From assembly GCF_009914755.1 (NCBI RefSeq), contig NC_060944.1: a DNA stretch of 64,000 bases, one strand, 5' to 3'. The stretch is from the human T2T-CHM13v2.0 reference genome, Homo sapiens. Below are positions 51,302 to 63,818 of the stretch, piece after piece (position 1 is the stretch's first letter; each line of letters begins with the position of its first letter). The position numbers were made by a program, and so were the translations under genes. The notes under the pieces were generated by a model. The model searched no databases and was not told the origin of the DNA. It saw only the letters and a program-made list of their open reading frames with translations.

Positions 51302-51452
51302 TTAGGCGGGGCCAATGATGACATTCCGGAAGCCCTTCACAGCCTTCAGCTTGTCGCTCTCGAAGTTCACCACCAGCTTGTGGAGGCCCATGTGGAGCGG
51401 CAGCAGGTCCATTCTCACCTTAACTTCCTCCCCTGCCTCCACGGGGTCTGGG
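51302..51452 (-). CDS. TGM2: TGM2 exon 13 coding part: (I)[49 protein letters not shown]
   Basis: Acceptor CCCTGCAG| (AG at 51454-51453); TAA at 51304-51302; matches the TG2 C-terminus. Confidence 0.97.
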
Positions 51453-52175
51453 CTGCAGGGAGAGAGGGGGTGGTGAGGAAAGGGGCCCAAGGCCTGGCTC
51501 CCGCATGCTGGGGTCCAGCCAGGAAGTCACGTGACCTCCGAGGATCAGCACAGCGTGTCCATGAATGGGCCTCATTCTCGGCCCTCTGCGGGGCCTGGAC
51601 AATCTGCCCTCCTAGAGTGAACAGTGCCTGTGCACGCATGTGTGTCCGTGTGCATAAAAGCAGATGGTGCATTTAGGGGCACAAGGGGATAGGCTCAGGT
51701 AGCCGTGTGTGTGAAAATGTATTGAGCTGTACATAGGTGATCTGTGCTTTTTACTGTATATAAGTTACATTACAGTAAAAAAGTAAAAAAGAAGTGTGTG
51801 CTCGTATGTATGTGTGCAGCTACGTATCTATGTGGAAACACCCACGCATGCATATGTGTGTGCATGCTCATGTGTGGACATTCGGAGGGCAGATACCTGT
51901 CTATGTGAGGATGCACGTGTCTGCAGGTGAGCGCCTATTGACGGATGATGTCACTGTGGAGGTCTGTGGCAGATCTGTGCATGGGTGGTGTCAGCATTGA
52001 CAGAGAATGTGACGGTGGGAACTCTAGCCCCAGGGTGTCTGGGAGTGGGCACAGCTGTGTGGGAGATGAGAGGAGGGGATTTTCAGCCAGGGCTTGGTAC
52101 CTAAGGACAGTCTCTACCCCCACCGGCATCTGCCCGCTTCCCCCAGGCCCCAAAGCTAGAGCAGCCAGCACTTAC

Positions 52176-52312
52176 ATCTCCACCGTCTTCTGCTCCTCAG
52201 TCAGGCCGGCCCCCTCCACAGTGAAGGTGCAGCCTTCCAGGGCCACAGGGAGCGGGTTCTGCAGGGACACCTCAGCCACCAGCTTGCGTTTCTGCTTGGG
52301 CTCCCCAAGGAT
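52176..52312 (-). CDS. TGM2: TGM2 exon 12 (137 nt): [45 protein letters not shown](I)
   Basis: TCTTCCAG| acceptor, |GTAAG donor; phase 0 in, phase 2 out. Confidence 0.97.
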
Positions 52313-52599
52313 CTGGAAGAGGGCATGGGGCAGATGTCAAGGGCAGGTGGGATCCAGGCTGGGCTGTCTGCATTCACTGCAATTTGGCCCAATATTTGCT
52401 GAACAAAGCTGTACCCAGGTCTGCCACGATCACCCCCCCTCCCCCCACCTCTGTGCCTCAGTTTCTTCATCGGGAAAACACCGATTGTGCTACCGGCCCA
52501 GGTCTCCTGCATGGAGCTGCAATGAGGCTCCACGTGACCCAGGGGATGTCCAAAGTGCCTCCCTTGTCCCAGGGTCTGGAGGGGAAAGATCACAGGCTT

Positions 52600-53080
52600 T
52601 TGAGCCAGGCTGATCTCTGCCTCTTCTTCACTGTGTGACCTGGGGAAGTTACTCCCCACTCTGTACACCTTGGATTCTTCATGGGAGAGAAATGCCTGAC
52701 TGAGGGTTCTTGTGAGGATTAACTGAGCTAATATGTGCAAGCTTCCAGCAGAATGTCTGACACACTGCTCACTGCCGCTCCCTCTGCTGTTTACCATTTA
52801 AGTGTAATTGTTGCCCTTAGGGGTTGTGGGCTGCGGCTCCTCTAAGTGAAGGGCTATAATGATGATGATGGCGATGATAAGGATAGTTAGCTTTCAGTGA
52901 GCCCTTATCATGTGCTGAGGATGGCTCTATGTGTTTCCTGTGGATATGCTTTTAATTCTTACAACACCCCTCAGTGCTATTATTAACCCCATGTTACAGA
53001 TGAATAAACTGAGGCACAGAGGGGCAAACTCACATGCCCAGGGCTGCCCTGGTACAAATTCAGGCAGTGAGACTCTAGTC
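52600..53080. mobile_element. Two MIRs in opposite orientation in TGM2 intron 11
   Basis: CTGTGTGACCTGGGGAAGTTACT...TTGTGAGGATTAA (+) and CCCCATGTTACAGATGAATAAACTGAGGCACAGAG (-). Confidence 0.7.
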
Positions 53081-53422
53081 TGTGCCCTTCACTCCCCCAC
53101 CCCACCCTGCCCCACCAGTGCCCAGTGCCTGGGGGTTCCAGCCTTAGTAGTATAGCATTTGAAGGATTCATGACTCTAAGATCCCCAAATTCCATGACCC
53201 TAACACTCTGGGATTTTCAGATTCATTCCTAGAGGCTACGAGTCCCCAATTCTCTAGGCTTCATGATGCTTTTCTTCGATGAGGCTAGGATTTGAGGATC
53301 GCTAAGGCACCAAAGGTCTGGAGCTTGCAGGGATGCAGGTGTGTGGGGTGGGGGTAGGGATCTGCCCTCTCCCCAGCGCTGAGCTGCCCTGGGACCCTGC
53401 CCCTTGCCCAGCCTGCCCTTAC

Positions 53423-53583
53423 CCGGATCTTGATTTCTGGATTCTCCAGGTAGAGGTCCCTCTCAGCCAGCAGGTAGCTGTTGATAACTGGCTCCACGAG
53501 GAGGGCCCGCACCTTGATGAGGTTGGACTCCGTAAGGCAGTCACGGTATTTCTCATAGAGGATGCAAAGAGGAACGCTCTTCT
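53423..53583 (-). CDS. TGM2: TGM2 exon 11 (161 nt): (E)[53 protein letters not shown]; includes GTP-binding R580
   Basis: TTCTGCAG| acceptor, CGG|GTAAG donor; phase-consistent. Confidence 0.97.
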
Positions 53584-54723
53584 CTGCAGAAGGGGAGAAA
53601 GGAGGGTGCTCATGATGCAGAATCACCCCTCCCAACTCTCTTGCAACTCCAAGAGGCACAGAGAGGGGAAGGAATGTGCTTGGGGTCACACAGCGGGGGA
53701 ATGGCTGGGCGGATCCCTGAACTCCCCACTGTGGCTCCAGGGTTCCCAGCGAGGAGCTGGAGAGTGGACACTGAGCAGCGGGTAGAGGACGCACTTGGAC
53801 TCCCACGGGCCTTGGTTCTAATCCTGCCTTTGCCTCTTCTAATGGGTGACCCCGCGTGAGCCACTCCACCTCCCAGGTCCTCGATGTTTGGATCTGCGTG
53901 GCACAGGCACTCCTAAGGCTGTGGGAGGATGAGCTGAGCGAGTGTCCCGGAAGAGCCTGGTGCGCTCGGGACTCAGGGTGTGTGAGCCGCGGGCCCTTCA
54001 TCCTGGGGAGGATCAGAGCCGACATCTGCTTGCTGCACCAGGCACTGCACTTCCCACGGCGGGCTCCTACTTCACCTACATGACAACCCTAAAAGGCTTG
54101 TACGTGTATTACCACCCAACTTACAGATGAGAAAACTGAGTCTCCAGCAGGTGAAATAACGTTGTCCTAGGTCACACAGCTGATATGTACTGTGCAGGCA
54201 TCTGGACTAATAATCCAGATCTTAGAGTCCAACAATATGGTCCACACTCACTGAAGAATGCCTCTCATGGACATAAGGTCATTTCCCTCCACGAGGCTCG
54301 TGATGCTGTACCCGTTGCACAGATGAAGAATCACCTCTGCCAGTAAGTGCTCAGATTGGGAGACTTGCCTCAGGCCCTGTCTGGCCACTCACTGGCTGTG
54401 TGAGCCCGGGGAGATGACCTCCCCTCTCTGTTTCCCCTCTGTTTCCTCTCTGTTCCCAGATCTTATCACCTGCTGGGCAGAGGTAAGACCAAGGGTCGTT
54501 GCAGAGCAAAAGCCGCACAGTGATATGGGGATGAGAAAGAAGATGGCAGGAACAAAGCTACCCACTGAAGTGTGGTTCTTAGCCCCATGTTTCTGAAAAG
54601 AACACTGAGGCTGGAGGACCTTAGCAGTTTAGCATTTTAAGGATTCATGTAGTTTAGCATTTAAGAAAACAGACCTGGGGTCTGTTTGTAGGAGGCAGGG
54701 AGGAGCAGTAAATAAATACAAGT

Positions 54724-55094
<371 letters not shown>

Positions 55095-56414
55095 TCAGAC
55101 CTGAGTCTACTGCTAAAGAGGGAGATTGGCAAGGCTTAGGAGGCCAGAGGCAAATCAGCACCCTCAGAGACTTTCCCCAGGAGGTCACCAGAAGGACGGA
55201 TTGAGACCCGAGGAGACAGTCACTTTCTCACTGTGGGATTCAAGGTTCAGGCTTTGACCTTGAACCTTTGACCGTGAACACTGGTGGTCTGCGTCCTCCT
55301 CTTTGGAAAATGCTGCCCCGACCTGCCCACCTCTTTGGCCTTTCATTCCCTGGGTGGATCTGCTCCAACCTCTCATCAGATGATGTGATCTGGGGAAGAA
55401 AACCAAACTTTTGTGCCAAAAAGGACAAAAGAGGGTGAAAATTACTAGGTCAAGACCTGGTGGTGCAGAGTGGAAATTCTAGCTAGCTCCACAGGAAAGA
55501 AGAAAAACATTATCCTCCGGGGGCTTGGAGGATGTGGCCCAACTGTCGACTATTCTAGGAGGTGGAGGCCAGGGCAGGGCTGGACCTTTGAAAGTCTCCG
55601 TCCACAAGCCAGTGGCCACGGCCTTGGTCTTGGGCCAGATGCTGGCTGGGAAGAGGAAACCTGTATGGTCAGTCTCAACCATTCTTTAGACAATTTGCCC
55701 TGTTCTAGAAGGTTACTCTGGGGACAGTCACCGAGGCCACATTGGCTGCATTCCTGTGACCCACCTGGAGGGATGAGGGAGGAGAGAGCATGAAAGGGTG
55801 GAGGCAGGAAGGAGAAGAGAAAGAAGCAGCAGAGAAAGGAGGCAGGGGTGGGGGCAACTGGATTCCTTTCAGCCATCCAGGGCCTGGCTTCCTGTCCACC
55901 AGCACACGGAAATTCCCCAGATCTTATCATCAAAGAATAACAAGTAACTCAACCACAGTATGGGGGCTTAGAGGGAACGCATCTCAGCTTGAGCTTGGCA
56001 TTGGAGGTTCCAACAGGGGACTTGGACCAGCCTCACTTTCCAGCCAGAGGCCAATGCCCAGGACCTTCTGTCCTCCCCTTCCTCTCCCTGAAGGCTATGT
56101 CTCCAGTGGATCCCCAACAGGAGGGACCTGCTGCTCACCCTCTGTGGTGAGCATGTTCCTGGGAGGATGAGAAAAGTCAGCATGCTTGGCTGATGCCAGT
56201 GCGGAACAATGCTCTCAGGGTCCCGATGGTGACTTAGAGGTGAGGGCTGACTCCACAGAGGCCTGGGAGGAAGTGATTTTGGTGTGTCTGGCCCAGGCCT
56301 GGAGTTCACCTCATGCCACTCATTCTAGGACAGACACTTTCTCCCCTTGGAGCAGCTCTGAGCACGAGAAGGAGCTGGTGGGTGTGCACTGAAACGATGG
56401 GACTGGGTCTCCAA

Positions 56415-56484
56415 TGTCAAGCCCAAGACTTCACCACTGCTCAATATATCCGTGTAACAAAACCGCACTTGGACCTCCTAAATG

Positions 56485-56521
<37 letters not shown>

Positions 56522-56527
56522 ACACAC
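56415..56527 (+). repeat. Short L1MA/L1PB 3'-end fragment followed by a (CA)n microsatellite (56487-56527)
   Basis: AAGCCCAAGACTTCACCACTGCTCAATATATCCGTGTAACAAAACCGCACTTG then (CA)~20 with one TA interruption. Confidence 0.75.
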
Positions 56528-58211
56528 AAAACAGGGCTGGAAGGGCTCTTAAAAGAGGAAAGCACCTTCCCCTTTGTGTGAATGGGGAACCCATAGCCTT
56601 GCTGGAGGAGAGGAATACCCAGGAGCCCACAGCCAGGCAGCAGGCAGCAGGCAGCAGGAACTAGAACTTGGGTGTCCTTGTGTCCTGAACCCCCACACGC
56701 CTGTAGAGATGGATCCTGTCTCGGACTCTCGGGGCCTGGATGAGCAGCGAGGGCCGGGTCCTTTCTACACCACCGAGGTGTCAGGGACACAGGAACCCCC
56801 GAGCCCAGGGCTGACACCACTGCCTGGGACAGAAGGTGTTCAGGAAAGGTCCCGGGCTTCTCGCCTCCCCACGCCTCTTAGCACTCGCACTCAGGGAGGA
56901 GTGAGGGCCCCACCGTGTGCTGGTGCTGCTGTGCCCTTTCCAGATACCTCCTGAGCACGCATCCTCTCCCTCAGTCCTCACGGCTGCGGGCGCATCAGGC
57001 AGGCATGTCATCACCCCATGTAACAGGCGAGCATGACCTAAGACTCAGAGAGCATGTTCACCGCGCCCAAGGTGGTGCATTCAGAGGGCAGCAGAGCTGA
57101 GATTCAAAGCCAGGTCTTCCTGGCCTCGGGAAATGTCTTTCAACAGCTTCAGTGTTGGGCCCTGTCCTGGTACCAAGAGGATCTGCCCTCTGAGGGCCTG
57201 GCCCCTGCTGAGGAGTCTGCCCCGGGCCGGACAGTGGGTGTGCCCAGGGCGTGCAGCTCCAGGAGTGCCCACGGTGGGCCCAAGATAGAAAAACCAGGAG
57301 GCAGCAACTGTCAACACTGCAGACGCCCCGCCCGCAACACAGACCTGCTTTCTTAGGAGGGTGAAAGCTGTGCCCCAGACGCCAGCCCATGGGCACCAAG
57401 GGTCCAGGCACTGTCATAGAGGAGAGGGACGACCACTGGTTTGACAGGCAGGAGTCCGGGGAAAACAGACGGGGAAACAAACTCTGTAAACACAAACCAT
57501 GCCCCACCCGAGGGCTCTCCAGCATCTCCAGGTGTGGCCACACTGAATCCCAGGCATGAGTGCCTACTGTGTGCACACTCTCTTACCCCCGATGGTCCTG
57601 CACTGTTGGATCATGACCCCCAGGAGCCTGATGGGGACGCTAAGGTGCAGGGGAGTGGCCATTTGCTCTGGTGACACAGCGAGATGCTGCCCAAAGACGA
57701 TGTCCTACTTGATTCCACTGCCCCTCAGAGGATGGCCAATGTCTCATTCTGCAGCTCCCAGGTCCTCTCCTAGCCTGGAAACCCCTCTGCCCTCCTCACA
57801 CCTGCAGGGCTCCAAATGGCAGAAAGTGGGATGGGGCTGCTGGGTGGTGGTGGGGCTGCTGGGCGGAGCCCTGGGCTTGATTCCTGGTCCCTCACTGCCT
57901 CGCTATGTGACCTCAGTGGCCACGGCTCCTCTGAGGGCCTCAAGCTTATATTTAGGAAGATAACCAGGCACAGTGACAAAGCCAGACAGTGGAAGGGACC
58001 CAGAGGACAACCACTGTGCAGGAAGCCTGGTGACAAAGTCTTGGCTCGGGGCTGGGTTGGGTGGTCTAATGACACCATGTCACTGCGAAGGGGATCTGCC
58101 TAAAAAGGCAACTAGGCTGGTGCTGGGGACACTGGAGAGGGACAATCAAGTCCAGGAAGAAAGCACTTCTCCCTGCAGAGGCCTGGACGCTCCCACCTTT
58201 GGCTCGCCGAT

Positions 58212-58660
58212 CTGCTCTGCCCAACATAGCAGCTTCTGGCCACATGTGGCTGTCTAACTTTCAACACAATTAAAACTTTAGTTTTGGCCAGGTGCGGTGG
58301 CTCACACCTATAATCCCAGCACTTTGGGAGGCCGAGGCAGGTAGATCACTTGAGGCCAGGAGTCCGAGACCAGCCTGGCCAACATGGTGAAATCCCATCT
58401 CTACTAAAAACACAAAAATTAGCTGGGCATGGTGGTGCACGCCTGTAATCCCAGCTACTTGGGAGGCTGAGATTGCAGTGAGCTGAGATCGTGCCACTGC
58501 ACTGCAGACTGGGCAACAGAGTAAGACTCCATCTCAAAAAAAATAAAAAAACAAGCAAACAAACAAACAAACTTTAGTTCTACGGTTGCACCAGCCACAT
58601 TTCAAGCGCTTAGCAGCCACGTGCAGCTGGTGGCAGCCATGCTGGATAGGCGGTGCAGAC
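58212..58660. mobile_element. MER3-like hAT element split by an Alu
   Basis: GGCCACATGTGGCT...[Alu]...CCAGCCACATTTCAAGCGCTTAGCAGCCACGTG..GCTGGTGGCAGCC. Confidence 0.7.
58286..58568 (+). mobile_element. AluS with ~32-nt right-arm deletion
   Basis: TSD AAACTTTAGTT; GGGAGGCTGAG joined directly to ATTGCAGTGAGC. Confidence 0.9.
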
Positions 58661-58924
58661 TCAGCACGTCTCCATCACTGTGGAAAGTGCAACAGGCACT
58701 TTCCAAGGCGCTGGGTTAGAGACTTTTCTTTGAGGCCGAGAGCAACCAGAGGCACAGGAGAGGTTCTCGAAGGGCCCATGGAGAGAGGCTGCTGAGGCAT
58801 GAGGGGCTGGAGACAGTGGAATTCACTGGGAGAGGGCAGCAGAGGGTCTGTGAAAGCAGTCAGGGGTCACACGAAGATGAGGTGAAACCAAACAGTATAG
58901 CTGCTGTGAGGACAGGTTAACTCC

Positions 58925-59095
58925 CCAACTGTGCAACCTTAAGAAAATTACTTAACCTCTCTGTGCCTCAGTCTACTCATCTGGAAAACGGAGCCATGTT
59001 AGAATCCACCCCCTCACTCTTGCAATAAGAATTAAGTGGGTTGATATTTATAAAGTGCTTAGGACAGGGCCTGCCCCAGAGTCAGCGCCATGTAA
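58925..59095 (+). mobile_element. MIR (antisense to TGM2)
   Basis: TTACTTAACCTCTCTGTGCCTCAGTCTACTCATCTGGAAAACGG...TAAAGTGCTTAGGACAGGGCCTG. Confidence 0.8.
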
Positions 59096-59163
59096 GTGTC
59101 TGTGGGGTGAAATCACACATGCTAAGTGGTTAGGTCACTACCTAGCATGTTGTCAGTTGGCGG

Positions 59164-59195
59164 TCAACAAATGCTCCAGGAACACAGGGCTTTAC
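59164..59195 (-). CDS. TGM2: Intron-10 read-through tail of short TG2 (548 aa): (G)KALCSWSIC*
   Basis: The exon 10 frame continues through the GTAAA donor to TGA at 59166-59164; 538+10 = 548 aa, matching the known short isoform. Confidence 0.85.
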
Positions 59196-59468
59196 CAGAG
59201 AAAGGCTCCAGGTTGAGGTTGAGCAGGTACTTGGTGCCACACTCGGGCCCCAAGATCCCATTGTAGCTGACGGTGCGGGCACAGAGCAGGAGGCGGCAGA
59301 CGTACTCCTCAGCGGTGTTGTTGGTGATGTGGGCAAAGACGTCAAAGTCACTGCCCATGTTCATGCTCTGGCCCACACGGATCCGCATGGCCATCCCTGT
59401 CTCCTCCTTCTCGGCCAGTTTGTTCAGGTGGTTCGCCCTTGTGAAGGCCTCCCTCTCCTCTGAGGACC
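59196..59468 (-). CDS. TGM2: TGM2 exon 10 (273 nt): (G)[31 protein letters not shown]...[10 protein letters not shown]
   Basis: CCTACAG| acceptor, CTG|GTAAA donor; phase 1-1. Confidence 0.97.
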
Positions 59469-60494
59469 CTGTAGGGGTTGAGAAGAGAGCCTCAATCACA
59501 GCTGGAATAGATCACAGGAAGGGGGCTGCAACAGGGCGAGCTGTCTTCGCAGAGGCCTGATGACTCAGGGCAGCCATGAAGGAGCCCCTTCTCTACATTT
59601 CTGGGCCAGAAGGACACAGCATTTCATTAATTTTCCACTAGTGAACTCCTATACATCCCTCAAGACTCAACCCCAAATGACCCCTCCTCCAGGAAGCCCT
59701 CTCTGACCACTCCTTCCCCTGTGTTGTTTTCTGTTTCAAACTTACCTTCTTGAGCTGCTCGAGGGCTAAGGCTGTGTTTTACTTATCCAGTGCCTACAAC
59801 AGTGCTTGGTGCATACTAGGCACGAATACAGTGCAATCTTTCTTACCTTCAAGCAATTACACAGGGATTACTTCTACCTAAAATCCTTTCCCTCCCTGTC
59901 TCTGATTGCTCCCTTCCTTATATTCCATTTGCCTCTCTCCTGTGCTCCTTTGATTTTTTTCTCCCAGTGTTGTTGGGTGCATATCTATTTATTCTATGAA
60001 ACTATCAGCTCTAGACCTTTCAGGGGATGGGGAGAGCATCATTTCATTCTGTGTTATCCCTTTCAGCTAGAGTATGGCCAGGCAACCCTGGAAAGTCAGT
60101 GAGGGTCAGGCCAAGGCAGGAACTATGGTTTCTTAGTCCCCTCTGTATGCTTTGCTATGCTTAGTATTTGCTTAGAAATTAGATACCATATTGAATTGGC
60201 TGTTCGATGTGCTCAAATCCAATTTTTAAAAATAAATCAAGTCCTTTCCCCTGCAACTGATTTAACATCAGTAGCAGAGAACTCTTTCCCTAAATGAATA
60301 ATCCTCTACCACTGTCCCTCAACATGTTTGCTCCTGTTTCTAAGGCATTGCTGAAGATGGAGTATAGCCTACGGGGCCATTGCTGTACGTAGGCTACCAA
60401 TTAAAACACACGCACACACATACACGAGCCTGCCGGGCTGGGAAAACTGGATGCTTATCTTCAAGGCTGCATTAAAGACTCTGAGGGCACATAC

Positions 60495-60737
60495 CCTCTG
60501 GGTATTTGTAGGTGTGGGTGATATCCTCCCGCTCGTCTCGGCCCACGCTCTTAGTGCTGATCTTCAGCCCAACGATCAGGGAACGGTTGATGGATTTGTG
60601 CACAGACCCATCGTCCTGCTGGATCCAGTCTACCACGTCGGCATTGACCTCCGCAAAGACAAAGGGCGCATCGTACTTGGTGCTCAGGTCGCCCTCCTTG
60701 ATGGCACGAACTGGAACTGGGCCACAGCAGTACGTCC
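60495..60737 (-). CDS. TGM2: TGM2 exon 9 (243 nt): (G)[17 protein letters not shown]...[10 protein letters not shown]; includes vicinal C370-C371
   Basis: CTGCCAG| acceptor, AGG|GTATG donor; phase 1-1. Confidence 0.97.
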
Positions 60738-60889
60738 CTGGCAGAGGTAGAAAGGGGAAGGGATGGGCCTGGGTGAAGGTTGGGTGGTGTCCTCTAAAAC
60801 GCTCCACAATTCAATCACATGTAGCCAAAAACCTCAAGACCACGCGGCCCTCTGACGGAAGGACTCCACTTCCAGGAGGGCACCACAGG

Positions 60890-61100
60890 GCAAGGGTTCA
60901 GAATAGGGGCTCTGGAGCACAACTTTTAAGGTTCAAATCCCAGCTCAGCCTGTTATTAGCTGGTGACTTTGGGCCAGTCACTAACTTCTCGAAGCGGCAG
61001 TTTCATGTGGAGATAAGATCTGGACCACCTAATGAGCATTCCTGAATTATAGATGTAAAGCTCATAGCCTATACTAAATGCTATGCAAGTATTTGATAAA
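60890..61100 (+). mobile_element. MIR
   Basis: GGCTCTGGAGC...GGTTCAAATCCCAGCTC...GTGACTTTGGGCCAGTCACTAACTTCTC. Confidence 0.72.
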
Positions 61101-61486
61101 TAAAATGGAAATGTATCCCAGACATCCTGAGGAAATTATGGAGCCAAGGACAGGCAACATGTTAGCAAGGAGGACATCTGTCTCGTTTCCTGCTCATACT
61201 GAGAGTGGAGCTCAGTGCCCCGCATGGGGCCAGCCCCAGGGCGTGTGTGTTCTCCAAGTGAATACGGGTGCCTGATGTTTACGTAAGTGTGGTTGATAAC
61301 CGCCCCACACTGTCCGCAGACTTCCAATGCTGAGGACTAGAGGCTGGATAGATACAGTCTAGCACATCCATGTGATGGACCACGGTCACATTAAATAAAA
61401 ATTCAAATCACAGAAAACTATCTGCTGGAGAAATGCCAATGCTTTATCCAGAAGTGGACAGAGCTGGGAAAAAATGTTCCATGCCG

Positions 61487-61945
61487 CTGGAGGTCTTAAA
61501 CCAGGGCCCACGGATCCCCCCAAGGCACTACCAACAGAATTCAGGGGTCTATGAACCCTATGATGGGGAAAAAAGGGTATCTTTGTTTTCACCATAGCAC
61601 TTTCTTCAATTGCAAAAGCAGGAAATGACCATAGCAGCCTGAGGAGCACTTAGGACTTGTCACTCATAAGAACCACAGGCGTGGTCATTACAACCTTACA
61701 GCTGTCCCAGATGGCAGGAAATTAATTTATGCTCATAAATTATCTCTACAACTATATTATGGAACTTACTGACTCTACCGCTAGATCTTGTTCTATAAAG
61801 AAGCATATGTTATTATATCATAAATTCATTTTTTAAAACTTGTGACAACTGTATTTTAATGTAATTGGTTTTCTTTGTAACGCTATGTATTATATTTTAT
61901 ACATTTAAAAATATTCCTAGAAAGTGTCCATATGCATCACAAAAT
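61487..61945 (+). mobile_element. MER113-like hAT-Charlie DNA transposon
   Basis: AGAATTCAGGGGTCTATGAAC...CCGCTAGATCTTGTT...ACTGTATTTTAATGTAATTGGTTTTCTTTGTAA. Confidence 0.72.
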
Positions 61946-62364
61946 TGTGCCTTAGTGTACTCTCTCTTTCAAACACACAGGTACTACATATATATATGTG
62001 TGTTTATATACATACATATATAAACACACACATATACACCCGCATACAAATACACGATTTGAAATCAGTGGAAGCTCGTGTGAATGTTAATGCTGCTTAT
62101 TTTAGAGGGAGGAGACAAAGATGCTATTTGATTTTTTTCTTTGAGCTTCTCTGTATTTCCTGCTTTCCGCAATGCACGTGAATTATTTTTGAGATTTATC
62201 AAGAAGTGTGTTATTAAGATGTAAGTGAGGTCCCCCACCCTTCTGTGGACCCATCAGTGGTCTCCGGGTGAGCTCCTAGTTCTGCCGCCCTCCAGCTGAG
62301 TCACTTTAACTCTCCAAGCCTCGTCTTCCCCATCTGTTTGACGCGACAGTGCCCGCCCACGCAC

Positions 62365-62468
62365 CTTCGCTCTTCTCCTGGGGCGTTGGGTCCAGGGCCT
62401 GCCAGCCCTCGTACCCCGGCTGCAGGTCCGGCCTGGTCATCCACGACTCCACCCAGCAGTGGAAGTTC
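62365..62468 (-). CDS. TGM2: TGM2 exon 8 (104 nt): (W)[34 protein letters not shown]; catalytic H335 and D358
   Basis: CCCTCAG| acceptor, AAG|GTGCG donor; transglutaminase core motifs. Confidence 0.97.
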
Positions 62469-63146
62469 CTGAGGGGGATAGGGGGGCGGGAATGAAGCAG
62501 AACATGAGCAACATTCATCGCCACCTCCCACGGGCAGACCATGCATTCATGTCCCCAGATGCAAGCTCGCCTCGTCCCAAACTGAGCCCAGGGTGTCTCC
62601 CCACTGCCTTGTTCTTCCCCCCACGGGGGCCCATCTCACAGCACCCTCTCTAGCCAAGGCGCCCACTCCTACACCTCAGAGCCCTTCTCAACTCCTCTCC
62701 CCTCCTTGCCCCTCTCAGTGGCCCCTTTGACCTCCTAATTTCTTGGCTCCATCCCTTCTTTTCTGTCCGTTCAGGGCTTATCACTCCCCACCTGGACCAC
62801 GCCCCAGCCCCCCGCCCATCTCTTCCCCTCTAGCCCTCCTGGCAGTTGTCAGCCCCGCCCTCTCCCACTCTGAATCCTTGAGTGACAACCTATTGCTTTT
62901 GGAATCAAGCCTGGGCCCCCTAATGTGGCATTCCAGACTCCCGACAACATTTGCAGCATGATTCTTCCTGAGGCCCCATCATGTATGTGGTTGACTTTCC
63001 CTCTAGGCCTTCCCCAAGCCTGCTCAAATACTGCTGAACTTTTAAGGCCCAATTCAAATGTGACCTCCTCCAAGAAGCCCTCCAAGGTTTCCTCTCCATG
63101 GGGCCCTCCCTACTGGGCTCCGATCCCACCCTGGCCCCCACCTCAC

Positions 63147-63282
63147 CAGATCATCTCGCTCTTGTCACCCTGGATCTCCCCAAACTCATTGCGGAAGTAC
63201 TCGATGAGAAGGTTGCTGTTCTGGTCATGGGCCGAGTTGTAGTTGGTCACGACGCGGGTAGGGATGCCCAGGCACCTCAGCA
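63147..63282 (-). CDS. TGM2: TGM2 exon 7 (136 nt): (V)[44 protein letters not shown](W)
   Basis: CCAACAG| acceptor, CTG|GTGAG donor; upstream exons lie beyond the window. Confidence 0.97.
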
Positions 63283-63500
63283 CTGTTGGAGAGGAGTGGA
63301 AAGCGGGGTGAGGTCCTGGAGACATCCGCCCTGCTCTGGGCCTCCACCTGCCCATCTGCATTCCAGGGAACACTGTACCTGCTGTCCAAGTGCTGAGAAC
63401 ATGAGCCAGCCCTTCCTGCCGGGACAATGGCGCCCACCTCTCTGGTCACCCCATGTCCATTCTATGCCCCTCACATCACAGTTGCCAGAAGGAGACTCTA

Positions 63501-63818
<318 letters not shown>

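Noticed and set aside
50972-51676. 234-aa plus-strand ORF
   Set aside because: Antisense to TGM2 exon 13/UTR in GC-rich DNA; no recognisable domain; a shadow ORF
51945-52797. 222-aa (+) and 198-aa (-) ORFs over exon 12
   Set aside because: Antisense or out of frame relative to exon 12 and partly MIR-derived
53285-54025. 246-aa minus ORF
   Set aside because: Exon 11 plus chance open intronic flanks; only 53423-53583 is bounded by splice sites
60472-63146. Read-through tails of TGM2 introns 7-9 as new isoforms
   Set aside because: All stop early with no supporting poly(A) signal noticed; expected NMD substrates
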